DNA of 64,000 bases from Octopus bimaculoides. Taxonomy: Eukaryota. Positions 12,091-24,960 of this stretch are shown here, piece after piece (positions within the stretch are counted from its first letter, which is position 1; each line of letters opens with the position of its first letter). The notes beneath the pieces are model-generated. The model did not search any database and was not told the origin of the DNA. It worked only from the letters and a program-made list of their open reading frames with translations. The DNA lies in NCBI RefSeq assembly GCF_001194135.2, contig NC_068983.1, forward strand, positions 35,988,429 to 36,052,428. Reading direction: 5' to 3'. The position numbers and the translations under genes were made by a program.

Positions 12091-12637
12091 TTCTGGTAGA
12101 TTTAAATGTGAATATCTGATTGTTATTTTTGAGACACTGTGGTGTTTCAACCTCATTGTGTCTCCTCAGTTAAAGCTACTCCCACCTAACTGATGAATCT
12201 AACAAGCATGAACTCATTTATATCAATCATCATTGTTGTTTTAATAACTACTTTTCCATACCTGCATAGGTTAGAAGAGTTTATTGAAGCAGATTTATAC
12301 ACCAACTCTCACCCATTTTCAAGCAAGATCATATTTCCCCATGGCCAGGCATGTTTTCACAGAATATTAGAGATGGGTGACACTCCATAGTGCTAAGACA
12401 AGAAGGCACAAACAGACAAATATAAATATATGTATATGGCGGGCTTTCAGTTTCCATCTACCACATCCACTCTCAAGGCTTGAGGCTTTAATAGAAGACA
12501 CTTATCAAAGGTGCTGCACAGTGGGATTAAACCTGAAATCCTGTAATTGGGAAGCAAGTTTCTTAACCCCACAGCCATGCATACAAATTATTTGTTCTCT
12601 TCTGCTTTCTATTTTTTTTTTTTTTTTCTATTTCTAG

Positions 12638-12755
12638 TTCTCTTGTACTTGGGAGCCAAGGATATGATGTCTCAAAGGTGTCTCAACGCCTTGATACTCT
12701 GACTGCTAAGAAGGCATTTGAACCCCTTGAACCTGTACGAGACACTGATATTGAG
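12638..12755 (+). CDS. NUP93: Nup93 coding exon 2
   Basis: (A)SLVLGSQGYDVSKVSQRLDTLTAKKAFEPLEPVRDTDIE; tttctag / gtaatg; phase 2-0. Confidence 0.96.
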
Positions 12756-13230
12756 GTAATGTTAATTATAATCAGTTTTAATTAAATATTTGATCTTTGT
12801 AACCTATTATGTAACATATCATTTGACTCCTCCTTTATATAATTGATATTTATATAGGCACAGGTGGCACCTTGGGCAAGTGTCTTCTACTATAGCCTTG
12901 TGGGTAGATTTGGTAGACGGAAACTAAAAGAAGCCTGTCGTGTGTGTGGGTGTGTGTATATGTTTGTGTGTCTCTTTGTCCCCACCATTGCTTGACAACC
13001 GATGTTGGTGTGTTTATGTCCCTTGTAACTTAGCGGTTCTGCAAAAGCGACCAATAGAATAAGTACTGGGCTTACAAAGAATAAGTCCTGGGGTCGATTT
13101 GTTCGACTAAAGGTGGTGCTCTAGCTAGGCTGCAGTCAAATGATTGAAACAAATAAAAAAAATAAAAGAATATGATACGTTTATACAATTAAAACTATTG
13201 ATATTTATATATTTTTGATATTTTCTTCAG

Positions 13231-13293
13231 GGATTCCTTAAGAATGAACGGGAGAATGCTTTACTTACCGTTATCGAGAACGCTCGGAAAAAT
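13231..13293 (+). CDS. NUP93: Nup93 coding exon 3
   Basis: GFLKNERENALLTVIENARKN; cttcag / gtgagt. Confidence 0.96.
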
Positions 13294-13344
13294 GTGAGTG
13301 AATTTATTTTATTTATGACTTCTGTATTTTGTTTAACCCATTAA

Positions 13345-13589
13345 CCCATTCCTGCCAATCGTCCATTTAAACTGACACTTAATTTATAAGGATATAAAAC
13401 AAATACTTGATACAAATTGTGATTTGTGTATGATCTGTATCAAAGAATGAAACATGTTCTTAACGTGTATGCAGTCTGTATCAAACGGATTTCAATGAAA
13501 TTGTTTTCAGTTGTTAATTTAGGTCAAAATAATAGTGTCTGTGAATTTTCAAGTAATTTCATTCACTAGAAAAATTTTGGCACGAATGG
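13345..13589. mobile_element. piggyBac-like MITE (TTAA TSD)
   Basis: ttaa|CCCATTCCTGCCAA ... TTGGCACGAATGG|ttaa. Confidence 0.75.
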
Positions 13590-14760
13590 TTAATGTAAAT
13601 ATTTTACATTTTTAAAAATTTTTTGTGAATTTTACTTTCATTTACAAAATTCTGATGTCAGTATGTTATGATGATTTAAGGATAGGTTATGAGTGATAAC
13701 ATTTACAAAGCTTTTAATTAATGTTAATAAGGAATAATTAGCTTTTGGCTGAGTATTTAGTATTGGATAAAAAAAAATGTGCAGATGTGAATGCGTAACC
13801 AAGGAATTTATTTTTCTACCACATGGTCTTGGGTTCAGTCTCACTGGTTAGCACCTTGGCAAGGGTTTTCTACTATAGCCCTGAGCTGACTAAAGTCTTG
13901 TGAGTGGATTTGGTAGATGGAAACTGAAAGAAACCTATTGTATATGTGTGCGAGTGTTTGTGTCTTCTTGTATTGACATAGTTTGAGAGTTGTAAAATGT
14001 TTTTTACTGTCATACAAGCAGTGTCATTTGTTTCCAGTATTTTGTGAGAATATGTTTAGTCATGAGCAATATTACATTGTGGAAGTTTAGGGGTTGGTAA
14101 CAGGAAGAGCATCTGGCTGTAGAAAATTTGCTCTCTTACTTTCTCTTTTTCTCTCTCTCTCTCTTCCTCTCTCTCTTCCCCTCTCTCTTTCTCTTCCGCT
14201 CTCTGGCTGGGTAACCATGTACCTCCTCTACAGCAAGACACCTGTTTCTGTCTCTCTGTCACACTCTAACCTTTCACCATCTGACACAAGATCACCTCCT
14301 CCAATGCCACCTCCCCCCCTCAAAGGTTTCTTGTCTTGCAACATTACTTGATGACCTTGCCAGTGCAGGTGCTATGTAAAAAAACATTCAGTCCGCACTG
14401 TAAAGTGGTTGGCATTTGGAAGGGCATCTAGCTGTAAAAACCATGCCAAAACTAACCTTGCTTGTGCTGGTGCCACGTAAAAAGCATTCAGCCTGCTCTG
14501 CTGGGTGGTTGGTGTTAGGAAGGGCATTCAGCCGTAAAAACCATGCTAAAACAGATTCAGAAGCCTGGGAGAGGCTCATGCCTGGCCAGCCCCCGCCAAA
14601 CCGTCCCACCCATGTCAGTTAAATGATGATGATGATAACTCTGTCCGTCCCATGCATGCAAAAGTGAATCTTAAAATTGTAATGTTGGTTTATATGTGTG
14701 ATAGTGCTTACATGATGCTTTTTAGTAGAATGGTCTAAGATGTTTGATTTTATGCTGCAG

Positions 14761-14889
14761 ACTTTAGAGACCTGTGAACAAAGACTATGGGGATCAATGG
14801 AAGAAGAGTGGGAACGAGAAAAGCAGAAAATGTTGAATGCTTTGTTGGGAACAGGACACCAAATGTTGGATTATTCTCAGGAAACTGAG
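14761..14889 (+). CDS. NUP93: Nup93 coding exon 4
   Basis: TLETCEQRLWGSMEEEWEREKQKMLNALLGTGHQMLDYSQETE; ctgcag / gtaagt. Confidence 0.95.
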
Positions 14890-15034
14890 GTAAGTTCTTC
14901 TGTGCAATAATGTGCCACACTTTTGATCTGGTTGTAGTATTATTGAACATACAAAGGCAACTTCTTTCACAGGACCGTCTTTTAAATGGCAGATTCATCA
15001 ATGTTGAAGTGAGACAGTATAAAATCTTTAGTAT

Positions 15035-15240
15035 CCTGACTAGCCTTCGTGCCGGTGGCACATAAAAGCACCCACAACACTCTAGGAGTGGTTGGCGTTA
15101 GGAAGGGCATCCAGCTGTAGAAACTCTGCTAAATCAGATTGGAGCCTGGTGTAGCCATCTGGTTCACCAGTCCTCAGTCAAATCGTCCAACCCATGCTAG
15201 CATGGAAAGCAGGCGTTAAACGATGATGATGATGATGATA
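15035..15240 (+). mobile_element. SINE family A
   Basis: Near-identical body and GAT tail. Confidence 0.9.
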
Positions 15241-16334
15241 TTCATTATAAAAACAAATATTTTAAATTCTTGTTATCTTTGTTTTTCTTTTCCTTCTCTC
15301 TCTTTATACCTTCTAGTTTGATAAGTGACCTTTGAGGCAATTTTGTAACAGTTTAACTGATTAAAGTATACTCATGTATTGCAAGTTTTATTGTTCGTGT
15401 TTATTCCCACCCGACCTTTGTGTGTGTGAATGAAGGAGGCAAACATTAACCAGAAAACTGAAAAGTCTGTGCTGTTTGAATGAAATCCCTTGCTATATTT
15501 GTTCTGCACTAAATTAGAGACGCTCCCTTGTCACTCTTGTCATCATAAATGCTAGTAGTAAGTGCTTGTTTCATTGGAAATTTGTAATTATTTGTTCTGT
15601 TAATCAGTTAAAATATTAATTTAAAGTACTCACACAAAGAGAGCATGGAACTTAGTCAATGAGGTACCAATTAAGAGACACCAAATAATCTTCTGAGAGG
15701 ACATTTAGGTTTTTAACTGTTTGGTCTATCTATCTATAAATAGGTATTGCAAAATAAGAAGGAGACACTGCTTAATCCTTGCTAGTATTCATCATCATCA
15801 TCATACGTCCATTATCCTTGCTGGCATAGGTTTGGCTGGGCTGGCATACTGGAAGGCTGTGCCAGGATCCAGTCTGATTTGGCATGGTTTTCTATGGCTG
15901 GATACCCTTCATAATGCTAACCACTCTGAGGGTGTAATGGGTGCTTTTACATGCCACCGGCACGGGTGCTATTTGCGTAACACCAGTCTCTGCCCAACAC
16001 TCGAAAGGAGCTCAGCCACTTTGTCTCCATGAGGTCCATTTCTTGAGAGGAACTCAGTCATCTCGCCTCCATGAGGCCCATTCATTTATTTGCTATATTG
16101 AGTTAAACTTCCACTTTATATATAGCTTGAAGAAGCATGAATACTACCAGCCTGATTTGTTCTAAACAGTTGATGACCCTTGTTATCAAAGCATATTGAT
16201 GTTTTAAATTTCTTTTTTAAGAATCCTTTTATTGGAGTGTCACTAAAATATATGTATACATACACATGTTTTAGATATGGATATGTTTTTTATAACATGA
16301 TATTACAGGGAATATTTTTCAGTCTACTCTTTTA

Positions 16335-16655
16335 TCAGATGGTCTTGTTGTTGGCACTCCGTCGCTTACGACGTCGAGGGTTCCAGTTGATCCGATCAAC
16401 GGAACAGCCTGCTCGTGAAATTAGCGTGCAAGTGGCTGAGCACTCCACAGACATGTGTACCCTTAACGTAGTTCTCGGGGATATTCAGTGTGACACAGTG
16501 TGACAAGGTTGACCCTTTGAATTACAGGCACAACAGAAACAGGAAGTAAGAGTGAGAGAAAGTTGTGGTGGAAGAGTACAGCAGGGTTCGCCACCATCCC
16601 CTGCCGGAGCCTCGTGGAGCTTTAGGTGTTTTCGCTCAATAAACACTCACAACGC
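16335..16655 (-). mobile_element. CpG-rich SINE-like repeat (family E), 5' truncated
   Basis: GC/CpG-rich island with hairpins, ending in an (AAC)-like tail on - strand; assignment from recall of octopus repeats. Confidence 0.55.
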
Positions 16656-16999
16656 TATCAGATGGAACTCCACAGCATCTCACTTAAAACCTGTAGTGAG
16701 TCACAGGTTTGCCATCACTTCCCAGGTTGATAGGAATAAAGTACCAGTCATATATTTGGGTTGATATAATTATGTTTCTCCTTGTTCTTATGTTAGGAAT
16801 TTTATGATGATAAGTCATTGGTGATTGTATGTTTTCTGTATTTTCTGTTGAAAAATACATGTTGAATTTTTTCTGACCAAAATTTAAAACCAAAAACGGT
16901 TATGTTGGCTTATACACCAAGACAACTTTATAGGACCAAAAACTGCATGTGAAATGCAAGATATGGAAATATCGTGAAAATGTTTGAATGTTTACGCTA

Positions 17000-17355
17000 C
17001 ATCAACAACATCATTGTTTAACATCTGCTTTCCATGCTGGCATGGGTTGGTTGAGGACTGGCAAGCTAGGAGGCTACACCGGGCTCCAATCTGATCTAGC
17101 AAGGTTTCTAAAAGTTGGATGCCCTTCCTAACGCCAACCACTCCGAGATTGTAATGGGCGCTTTTTATGTGCCACAGGCACTGGCATCGACCACGCTCAA
17201 ATGGTGCTTCTTATGTGCCAGAGGCACAAGAGCCAGTCAGGCAGCACTGGCATCACTCACGCTTGAATGGTTGTTTTTATGTGCCACCAGCACAGGAGCC
17301 AGTCAGGTGGCACTGGCAATGACCACGCTCGAATAGTACCTTTTACGTTCCACTG
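17000..17355 (-). mobile_element. SINE family A with 5' tandem units
   Basis: Reverse-complement body plus repeated units. Confidence 0.85.
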
Positions 17356-17544
17356 GCATATAACTATGTCAACTTGTATGCCAGAAAATACAGTAACTAA
17401 AGTGAAAATGAATGAATTAATTGATATAAAGTTTTATTAATGCTTTGTAATTTATGTTGTTTTATTGCTAATTTTTACTAATGACCTTGTTTTGTTGTAC
17501 AGAAGATTAAAAATATTTTTATTATCTTTTTTTGTAAATTCCAG

Positions 17545-17622
17545 CAAAGTCTTTTATCTGATGCCATTAGCATGCAGGGACGCAGTGCTTTGAACAATGT
17601 AGAAATGGCTTATGCTAGTCAG
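17545..17622 (+). CDS. NUP93: Nup93 coding exon 5
   Basis: QSLLSDAISMQGRSALNNVEMAYASQ (cf. GRSSLDNIEMAYARQ); ttccag / gtaatc. Confidence 0.95.
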
Positions 17623-18432
17623 GTAATCTTCCTTTGAAATTTTTTCACCTTTTAAAATATTTAATAAAGATTTGAAGTCAAATTTAAACACGCTTTTGAA
17701 GTGATGCTCCTGTTTGAAGTATCAGAACACCAGTAATATTGACACATTACCTGCTATATAGGGTAGTAAGGTTATTAGTAACCTATTGGGTTGTTGTGGC
17801 ACCACTCAACACTCTTTCACTCTTTATGTAAGATATGACTAAAGAAGTTTAATCTGTTGCCTTCTCCAGGCTCATGTTAGGATTTATATTAACAGGCATG
17901 GCTGTGTGGTTGAGAAGTTCACTTCCTAACAACAGTGTTGGGTTCAGTCCCACTGTGTGACACTTCAGGCAAGTATTTTCCACTGTGGCACTGGGCTAAT
18001 CAAAGCCTATGGCTGGATGTGTTTCTACAGGAGATTGAAAACAAACGATGCCATTTGTATGACAGTGACAACTCATTTTCAATTATTGTATGATGTCACG
18101 ACAAGGAGACATAAACACACACGCGCGCATGCACATCAAAGACTTCTTTCAATTTCTGGCTACCAGCTCACCCAGAGTGCCATGCAGTGGGACTGAACCC
18201 AAATCCATGTGGCTTGGAAGCAAGATTCATAACCACACAGCCATACACCTACAATGTGTGTATTTAATTAAATTATAATTTACACCTGCAGGGGTAGCTT
18301 AAATCTGAGTAGTGTATGTAGATATTTTAACTAAAGCAGGAGTATAACTTATAAGAGAAAAATAACTTGCATATCAAAAGGGCTTTCTCATAAAGATATA
18401 CTTGTTGTGACACATTGTTTTATGCATTTTAG

Positions 18433-18525
18433 GTTTATATATATAACAAAAAAGTCCTTGAAGGTGGCATTCGCCTGAGTTTGCAGGATTTATTCATGGA
18501 AGCTGCTAATTCCTTAGGAGATAAG
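18433..18525 (+). CDS. NUP93: Nup93 coding exon 6
   Basis: VYIYNKKVLEGGIRLSLQDLFMEAANSLGDK; ttttag / gtaagt. Confidence 0.94.
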
Positions 18526-19299
18526 GTAAGTCTTCTTTTTTCAAAGACTGTACTAATGTCATTATTTAATGTAGGTTTTTCATGCTGATATGGATTGGAA
18601 GGTTTGACAGGAGCTGGCAAGCCGGAGGATTGCACCAAGCTTCACTGTCTGCTTTGGTATTGTTTCTATGGTTGGATGCCTTTCCTAATGTCAACCACTT
18701 TATGGAGCATTGCTTTTTGTGATTTTTCTGAATATTCCTGCTAACTATAATTTGTTTTATTTTTCATTAAAAATGTCAAACTTTCGATGTCATAATTGCA
18801 TATCCTTAAATAACATTCATTTTTGACAAATAATGTTTTTTCAAACTCTGTTTTTTCTATTTAACTTTTAAATGATTTATACAATCTGTTTTTATGCTAA
18901 CTTACCAAATTCTTTTCATCTGTGTCATTTTTTTGTAACCCTTTTGCATTAAGATTGCTCTCATGATGTGATTGTATAGTTTTAGAATGACATTGTAGGG
19001 TAATTATGAGAGGTTGGATCTGGCTGGTTTGAGCATAAAGCAGAATTGTTGGGCTAGATATGGCTAGTTTAAATGCTGAAGAGTTGCTTATTCAATCTGT
19101 AAATTCTGTTTTCATGTGTTAATAAATGTATAATAATCTCTATTTACTAATGATTTACAAAGGCACAAACATGGCTAATTTCAAGTTTGGTCCCACTGCA
19201 TGGCACCTTATGCAAGTGTCTTCTGTTATAGCCTTAGGGCCAGCTAAAGCCTTGCGATTGGATTTGGTTGATAGAAAACAAAAGAAGCCTGTCACTTAT

Positions 19300-19570
19300 T
19301 ATCGGTGCCATGTAAAAGCACCTGTGTGGTGACACATAAAAGCAGCTGTGTGGTTCCATGTAAAAGTACCTGTGCAGTGCCATGTAAAAGCACCCATGCA
19401 GTGCCACATTAAAGCACCCACTACAATCTGTAAAGTGGTTGGTGTTAGGAAGGGCTTGCAGCTCTAGAAACCATGCCAAATCAGACTGGAGTCTGGTGTA
19501 GCCCTGCTAGCTTGCCAGCTCTGGTCACACTGTCCAACCCATGCCAGCATGGACAACGGACGTTAAATGA
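19300..19570 (+). repeat. 24-bp tandem array heading a SINE-A-type body
   Basis: Units at 19318, 19342, 19366, 19390, 19414. Confidence 0.85.
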
Positions 19571-19927
19571 TGAATAGGCTATGTGTGCTTGTGTCTCCAT
19601 GCCTTGACATTACATCATAGTTGTAAACAAGTATCGCTGTCATACAGGTAGCACCATTTGTTCCCGAAGAAATATTGCCTTGCTTGGAAACAAGTGAGAA
19701 TTTTGCAACTGGAAAGGCATCTGGCTGTAGAAAATCTGTCTCAACAAATTCTACCAGAGCCATGTAAGCATGAAAAACTTGATGTTCAAGCACTGAAATG
19801 ATAATGACGATCAGTTGAATGATTTCAATTCTCAACTTAGTCCTTTAATCATTATATGAGAAGGAAGTTGAAATCATTATCATAGAAATTGGTTGACCTT
19901 ATTTTTTTTTTTTTATATATATTTCAG

Positions 19928-20067
19928 CTGGTAATCGATAAATTGTGGTCTATGGTTGAATTCATGGTAAATGTTCCAATGGTAACATCTAGTGCTGGTC
20001 CACCTCGACAGGATAAGAAACTGCTCCAAGCATTTGTAGGTCAAGCTAGAAAATACCTTGAACACAT
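19928..20067 (+). CDS. NUP93: Nup93 coding exon 7
   Basis: LVIDKLWSMVEFMVNVPMVTSSAGPPRQDKKLLQAFVGQARKYLEH(M); tttcag / gtgagt. Confidence 0.94.
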
Positions 20068-20197
20068 GTGAGTTGAAATCTTCAATAATTAAACTTCGTT
20101 TTTGCTAATTTTAATTAATTTTCAAATTCGTTTTTATTATTTTTTTTGTTTGTTGCTGCTGTTAATGATGATGGGATCATTATTCGATTCTTTTCAG

Positions 20198-20327
20198 GTA
20201 TGTAAAATATGTCACAACTATGGTGTATGAGAATTTATACAAGGCCAAGCGTGGAGGCAAACCTGGTACCTACAGTTTGATAAGGAGTTTCTTGAATGTT
20301 AAATACCCTACACCAATGCGCGGAGAA
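20198..20327 (+). CDS. NUP93: Nup93 coding exon 8
   Basis: YVKYVTTMVYENLYKAKRGGKPGTYSLIRSFLNVKYPTPMRGE (cf. GGVPGTYQLVRSFLNIK); tttcag / gtaatt. Confidence 0.95.
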
Positions 20328-20382
20328 GTAATTACATATTTTCTTTATATGAAACCATGAGAGAATCAGCAATGAGTTAGAG

Positions 20383-20535
20383 CAGCGCTTCTTAAACTAT
20401 GGGTCATGACCCCATTTGGGGTCATGAAAATTAAATTCAAACAGTTGAATTTCAGTTTATATGTTATTTCACAAATGCATATTTAATACCTGGGGTTGTG
20501 AAAAATGGGGTCATGAATGAAAAAGGTTTAAGAGC
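20383..20535. mobile_element. hAT-like MITE with 8-bp TSD AGTTAGAG, right TIR interrupted by a SINE
   Basis: AGTTAGAG|CAGCGCTTCTTAAAC...GTTTAAGAGC; the same AGTTAGAG follows the SINE tail at ~20946-20953. Confidence 0.7.
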
Positions 20536-20945
20536 ACCGTCCGAGCATGATCGTTACCAGAGCACCAGCTGTCTGGCTTCCGTGCCGGTGGCATGTAAAT
20601 AGCACCATTTGAGCGTGATCGTTACCAACGTTACCTTCCTGGCACTTGTGCCAGCGGCACGTGAAAAGACATTCAAGCGAGATCGTTGCCAGTACCACTG
20701 GATTGGCTCCTGTGCAGGTGGAACGTAAAATACACCATTTCGAGCGTGGCCGTTGCCAGTACCTCCTGACTGGCCTTCGTGCTGGGTGGCACGTAAAAGC
20801 ACCCACTACACTCTCGGAGTGGTTGGCGTTAGGAAGGGCATCCAGCTGTAGAAACTGCCAGAAAATCTGGCTCACCAGTCCTCAGTCAAATCGTCCAACC
20901 CATGCTAGCATGGAAAGCAGACGTTAGACGATGATGATGATGATG
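20530..20945 (+). mobile_element. SINE family A, long CpG-rich copy
   Basis: Body plus 5' units; GAT tail. Confidence 0.9.
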
Positions 20946-21678
20946 AGTTAGAGTATCAGTCAAAGATTGATGTTTCTCTCTCCAATCACTAAACACTGTC
21001 TGTAGACAAGATACTTAAACTTTGCTAGTTCAGTTCATCTAACTTTAAATAAGTACCATGTTTAGGTAACACCTCACCTCTGTAAGTAATGAGATCATTG
21101 CATAATTCAATGTTTCAATAGTTTGAAATACTGAATTCCAGTATTGTTATTGAGCTGGATCCTGACAGATGTGGTCATTCCACAGTTCATTCCAGCCACT
21201 CTCATTTCTATTTTGCCAAAGTGAGAGTCATATTGAATGAAAGAGTGTACTCTTTCATTCACAAGAGTATATTATACTCTTCAGTGAAGTGCAAGGCTAC
21301 TTAAGACATAACTCATTATTTCAAATCCTGTTACAGGGAATTGGAATTTTTCCCTAACCAACTCAAATCAGTATATTTTACTCATTTAAACTTGCTGAAA
21401 AATAATGTTTCTTTCCCAAACACATCATTTCAGGTTCAGTCCTGCTGTGTGGAACTTTGAGCAAATGTCTTCTGCTCTAAACCCAGACCAGTCAAAGCCT
21501 TAAGAGTGGATTTGAGAGATAGACACAGAAAGAAGCCTTGTGTGTGTGTGTTTGTGTGTGTAGAAACCATGAAACTCAAGACAGTCTATTTGATCCTGTC
21601 AAAATGTCCAATCTATGCCAGGAAGGAAGATAGATGTTAAAAATTGATGATTTCTCTTTGTTTTAAATCTATTTTTAG

Positions 21679-21776
21679 GATGGATTATTAGATGGTCATC
21701 CAGTCTGGGCTGTGATTTACTATTGTCTCCGTTGTGGTGACTTAGATGCAGTTCAGGAAGTTGTTAACAAAAGTAG
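21679..21776 (+). CDS. NUP93: Nup93 coding exon 9
   Basis: [32 protein letters not shown] (hallmark GHPVWALIYYCMRCGDL); ttttag / gtgagt. Confidence 0.97.
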
Positions 21777-21884
21777 GTGAGTATCTTGGATGTTATTAAC
21801 ACAACTGGTTTAATATTGCTTTTTAGAGAAAGAGTTGTGAACAACCTGAGGTAACTGGTGGATTGGATTGTAGTTGATTCTACC

Positions 21885-22286
21885 CAGTATTGGTGTTTTA
21901 TTCCCTGTGCCGGTGGCACGTAAAAATCACCATCCAAATGTGGGTGATGCCAGGTTTGCCTGACTGGCTCCCATGCCAGTGGCACATAAAAAGCACCATC
22001 TGAACGTGGCCGATGCCAGGTCCGCCTTATTAGCCCCTGTGTCGGTGGCACATAAAAAGCACCATCTGAACATGGCCGATGCCAGGTCCACCTGACTGGC
22101 TCCTGTGCCGGTGGCACGTAAAAAGCACCCACTACACTCTCAGAGTGGTTGGCATTAGTAAGGGCATCCAGCCGTAGAAAACCATGCCAAATCAGACTGG
22201 AGTCTGGTGCAGCCTTCCAGTGTACCAGCCCAGTCAAACTGTCCAACTCATCCCAGTATGGACAACAGACGTTAAATGAGATGATG

Positions 22287-22290
<4 letters not shown>
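21885..22290 (+). mobile_element. SINE family A with three 66-bp 5' units
   Basis: gtgccggtggcac anchors at 21907, 21973, 22039, 22105. Confidence 0.9.
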
Positions 22291-22351
<61 letters not shown>

Positions 22352-22652
22352 AATAAAAACAAATCAGGATCGAAATCAAAATGGAAATTGTATTTGTGGC
22401 TGATGCCAGTCCCGTCTAACTGGTACCTGTGCCAGTGGCATGTAATAAACACCATTCAAGCGTGGGTTGTTGTCAGTGCTGCCTGACTGGCTCCCCGTGC
22501 CAGTGACATGTAAGAAGCACCATCCGAACGTGGTCGATGCCAGTCTCGCAGCATGGAAAATGGACGTTAAACGATGATGATTTAGATATGTATATAAACA
22601 AACAATTAAATCAATATAATTGTATATTTTATTCTTTTTCTTAATATTTCAG

Positions 22653-22709
22653 CCAGCAGTTAAAAGATTTCCCAGAAATTATTACAGAATATATGAAGAA
22701 TGACAGAAG
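22653..22709 (+). CDS. NUP93: Nup93 coding exon 10 (57 nt, phase 2-2)
   Basis: QQLKDFPEIITEYMKNDR; tttcag / gtttgt; keeps frame between exons 9 and 11. Confidence 0.92.
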
Positions 22710-22911
22710 GTTTGTCCCTGTTAGATCTATTGTTACATGTTAACTGCTTATTCTCATCCTGCAGGCCTTCTAATATATGTATATATTTATGCCTGTAGAT
22801 GAGATCTCTTGCACCTGTTGATGACTATATACATAAGCAATTAGTAGTACAGTGAAAAGTAAATAGTAATATAGCATGAATATTTACTGTAGAAGTTTTC
22901 TGTTTTTTATC

Positions 22912-23103
22912 ATCATCATCATCATCATCATCATCGTTTAACGTCCGCTTTCCATGCTAGCATGGGTTGGACGATTTGACTGAGGACTGGTGAAACCGGA
23001 TGGCAACACCAGGCTCCAGTCTGATTTGGCAGAGTTTCTACAGCTGGATGCCCTTCCTAACGCCAACCACTCAGAGAGTGTAGTGGGTGCTTTTACGTGT
23101 CAC
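22912..23103 (-). mobile_element. SINE family A
   Basis: catcatcatcgtttaacgtccgctttccatgctagc... Confidence 0.9.
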
Positions 23104-23289
23104 CCGCATCTCTATATATATATAATTGCAGAGAAATAATGACAATTTTCAAAGAATTATTTTCTGTATTTTTCATCCCACTTGAAATTCTTCGCCTTTG
23201 TTTGGTAGAGGTTCCTGCCTGCTCTAGAATTATCCACTTTATCCTTCTGTTCCATTTGCATCTTTCTCGCATGCAGCCCCACCTGCACC

Positions 23290-23498
23290 ACCACTACCTG
23301 ACTGGCCTCCGTGCCGGTGGCACGTAAAAGCACCCACTACACTCTCAGAGTGGTTGGCGTTAGGAAGAGCATCCAGCTGTAGAAACTCTGCCAAATCAGA
23401 TTGGAGCCTGGTGTAGCCATCTTGTTCGCCAGTCCTCAGTCAAATCATCCAACCCATGCTAGCATGGAAAGCGGACATTAAACGACGATGATGATGAT
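23290..23498 (+). mobile_element. SINE family A
   Basis: Inverted partner of 22912-23103. Confidence 0.9.
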
Positions 23499-23726
23499 AA
23501 GGATATGTGTATCTGTGGAGTGCTCAGCCACTTGCCTGTTAATATCATGAGCAGGCTGTTCCGTTTATTGAATCAAGTGGAACCCTTATCACAACTGACA
23601 GAGTGCCGGTTGTACACATTCTCCACACAATTTCCACACACACTCACACACCATTTGGCCACATCTCCCTTGCATACTCACACCCTTAACTTACAACAGA
23701 TATTTCTATTCATTAACCATCTTGTC

Positions 23727-23761
<35 letters not shown>

Positions 23762-24070
23762 ACATTCCCCTTCTTCCCCACTTTCAGATACAAATACACT
23801 CTGATATATATATGCATCTATACACCCACATCTTCCCTTCCAAACTCCCCATCCCATAGGACAGCATTCCTCCTTGTTTCTTACTTTTTGTCTTCCTCCC
23901 TTTCTCTTTCCTTCCAACATTTATTTCCTTTTCTCACCACCACCCCTTATATTTTTCTTTCCTGTGTCAAAATTTGTTCTTGTTCTTGCTAATGTTTATT
24001 GCTTTTACACACACACACACACACATGCAGTTGTAATATTAAACTGACTCCATGTATTGTCTATTTATAG

Positions 24071-24148
24071 CCTTGGGCCAAGCACACAGACCAAAGTTCG
24101 TCATTATTACCGCAGAACCATCAAAAATAGCTCTGACTCTTACAAAAG
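24071..24148 (+). CDS. NUP93: Nup93 coding exon 11 (78 nt, phase 2-2)
   Basis: LGPSTQTKVRHYYRRTIKNSSDSYK(R) (cf. [26 protein letters not shown]); ttatag / gtaact. Confidence 0.94.
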
Positions 24149-24960
24149 GTAACTACCATTTTGGGTTTAATATTCTTGTTTTTATATTTTTTATTTTGTT
24201 GTTGGCTTGTTTTGTTAAATTTTGTTTATTTTTAAATAAATTGTAAAACAGATGGAAGAATTTTATGAAATTTTTGACTAAAAGGTAGTTTACTCTGCAC
24301 GAAACATCAACTGTATATTGCGTTTGAGGGAAATGTGAAGCTACATTGTCGTGAAACCATTGAAGTAGCAAGATTTGGTCACAGCTTGAGAGGATTGGTC
24401 CTTATATATATAAGAACATTTATTTTGATACCAATGCACCTGATACTACCCTCTAGTTCTTTAATACAAAATCCCTGTTTTAAAGTGATCTAAATAAAAA
24501 CATTCAATTAAAATTCTATGTTAACAGCATGGGAACTACATTATCTGATGTTTTCTTTTTTTTCTTTTTTTTTTCATAAACCTGTACAGAAGGATTTAAG
24601 GGAGATTTGGTTGCTGTTTCTAGCAGGTTAAGCAACTATGTAGAGACTCCAAGGTGTGAAAAGAATTTTGTATTACGCACTTAGCCAAACCTCCTCAGTA
24701 TTAAACTAAGGATGATGGTGATAACCAACCATAAACAGCCTATCTTTTGTATAGCCAAGACTACATATTCCATTATATCCTTGCTTTAGGAGAATAGAAT
24801 ATGATTTTAGGGATATTTTATTACTATCTTTAGTAGGTAGATGCCCCACATTTGGTTTGCTTATGATGTAGTTACAGCACCATCTATCTTTCTCAAATTT
24901 GCTCAGTCAGTATTGCTTTTCTGTCTCGTATATTTCACATCTTGTCTATATATTTTACAG

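Noticed and set aside
16560-16655. HDV-like ribozyme (AGC-TCCACGAG-GCT..GCGAA) on the minus strand
   Set aside because: No P1 or P2 partner strands; the sequence is better explained by a simple hairpin
24055-24105. NUP93 exon 11 start (tatagccttgggcc..gaccaaag) resembles SINE family B, suggesting exonisation
   Set aside because: The exon encodes residues aligning to vertebrate Nup93 ([13 protein letters not shown]..YKR), so it predates the SINE; the short match is probably chance
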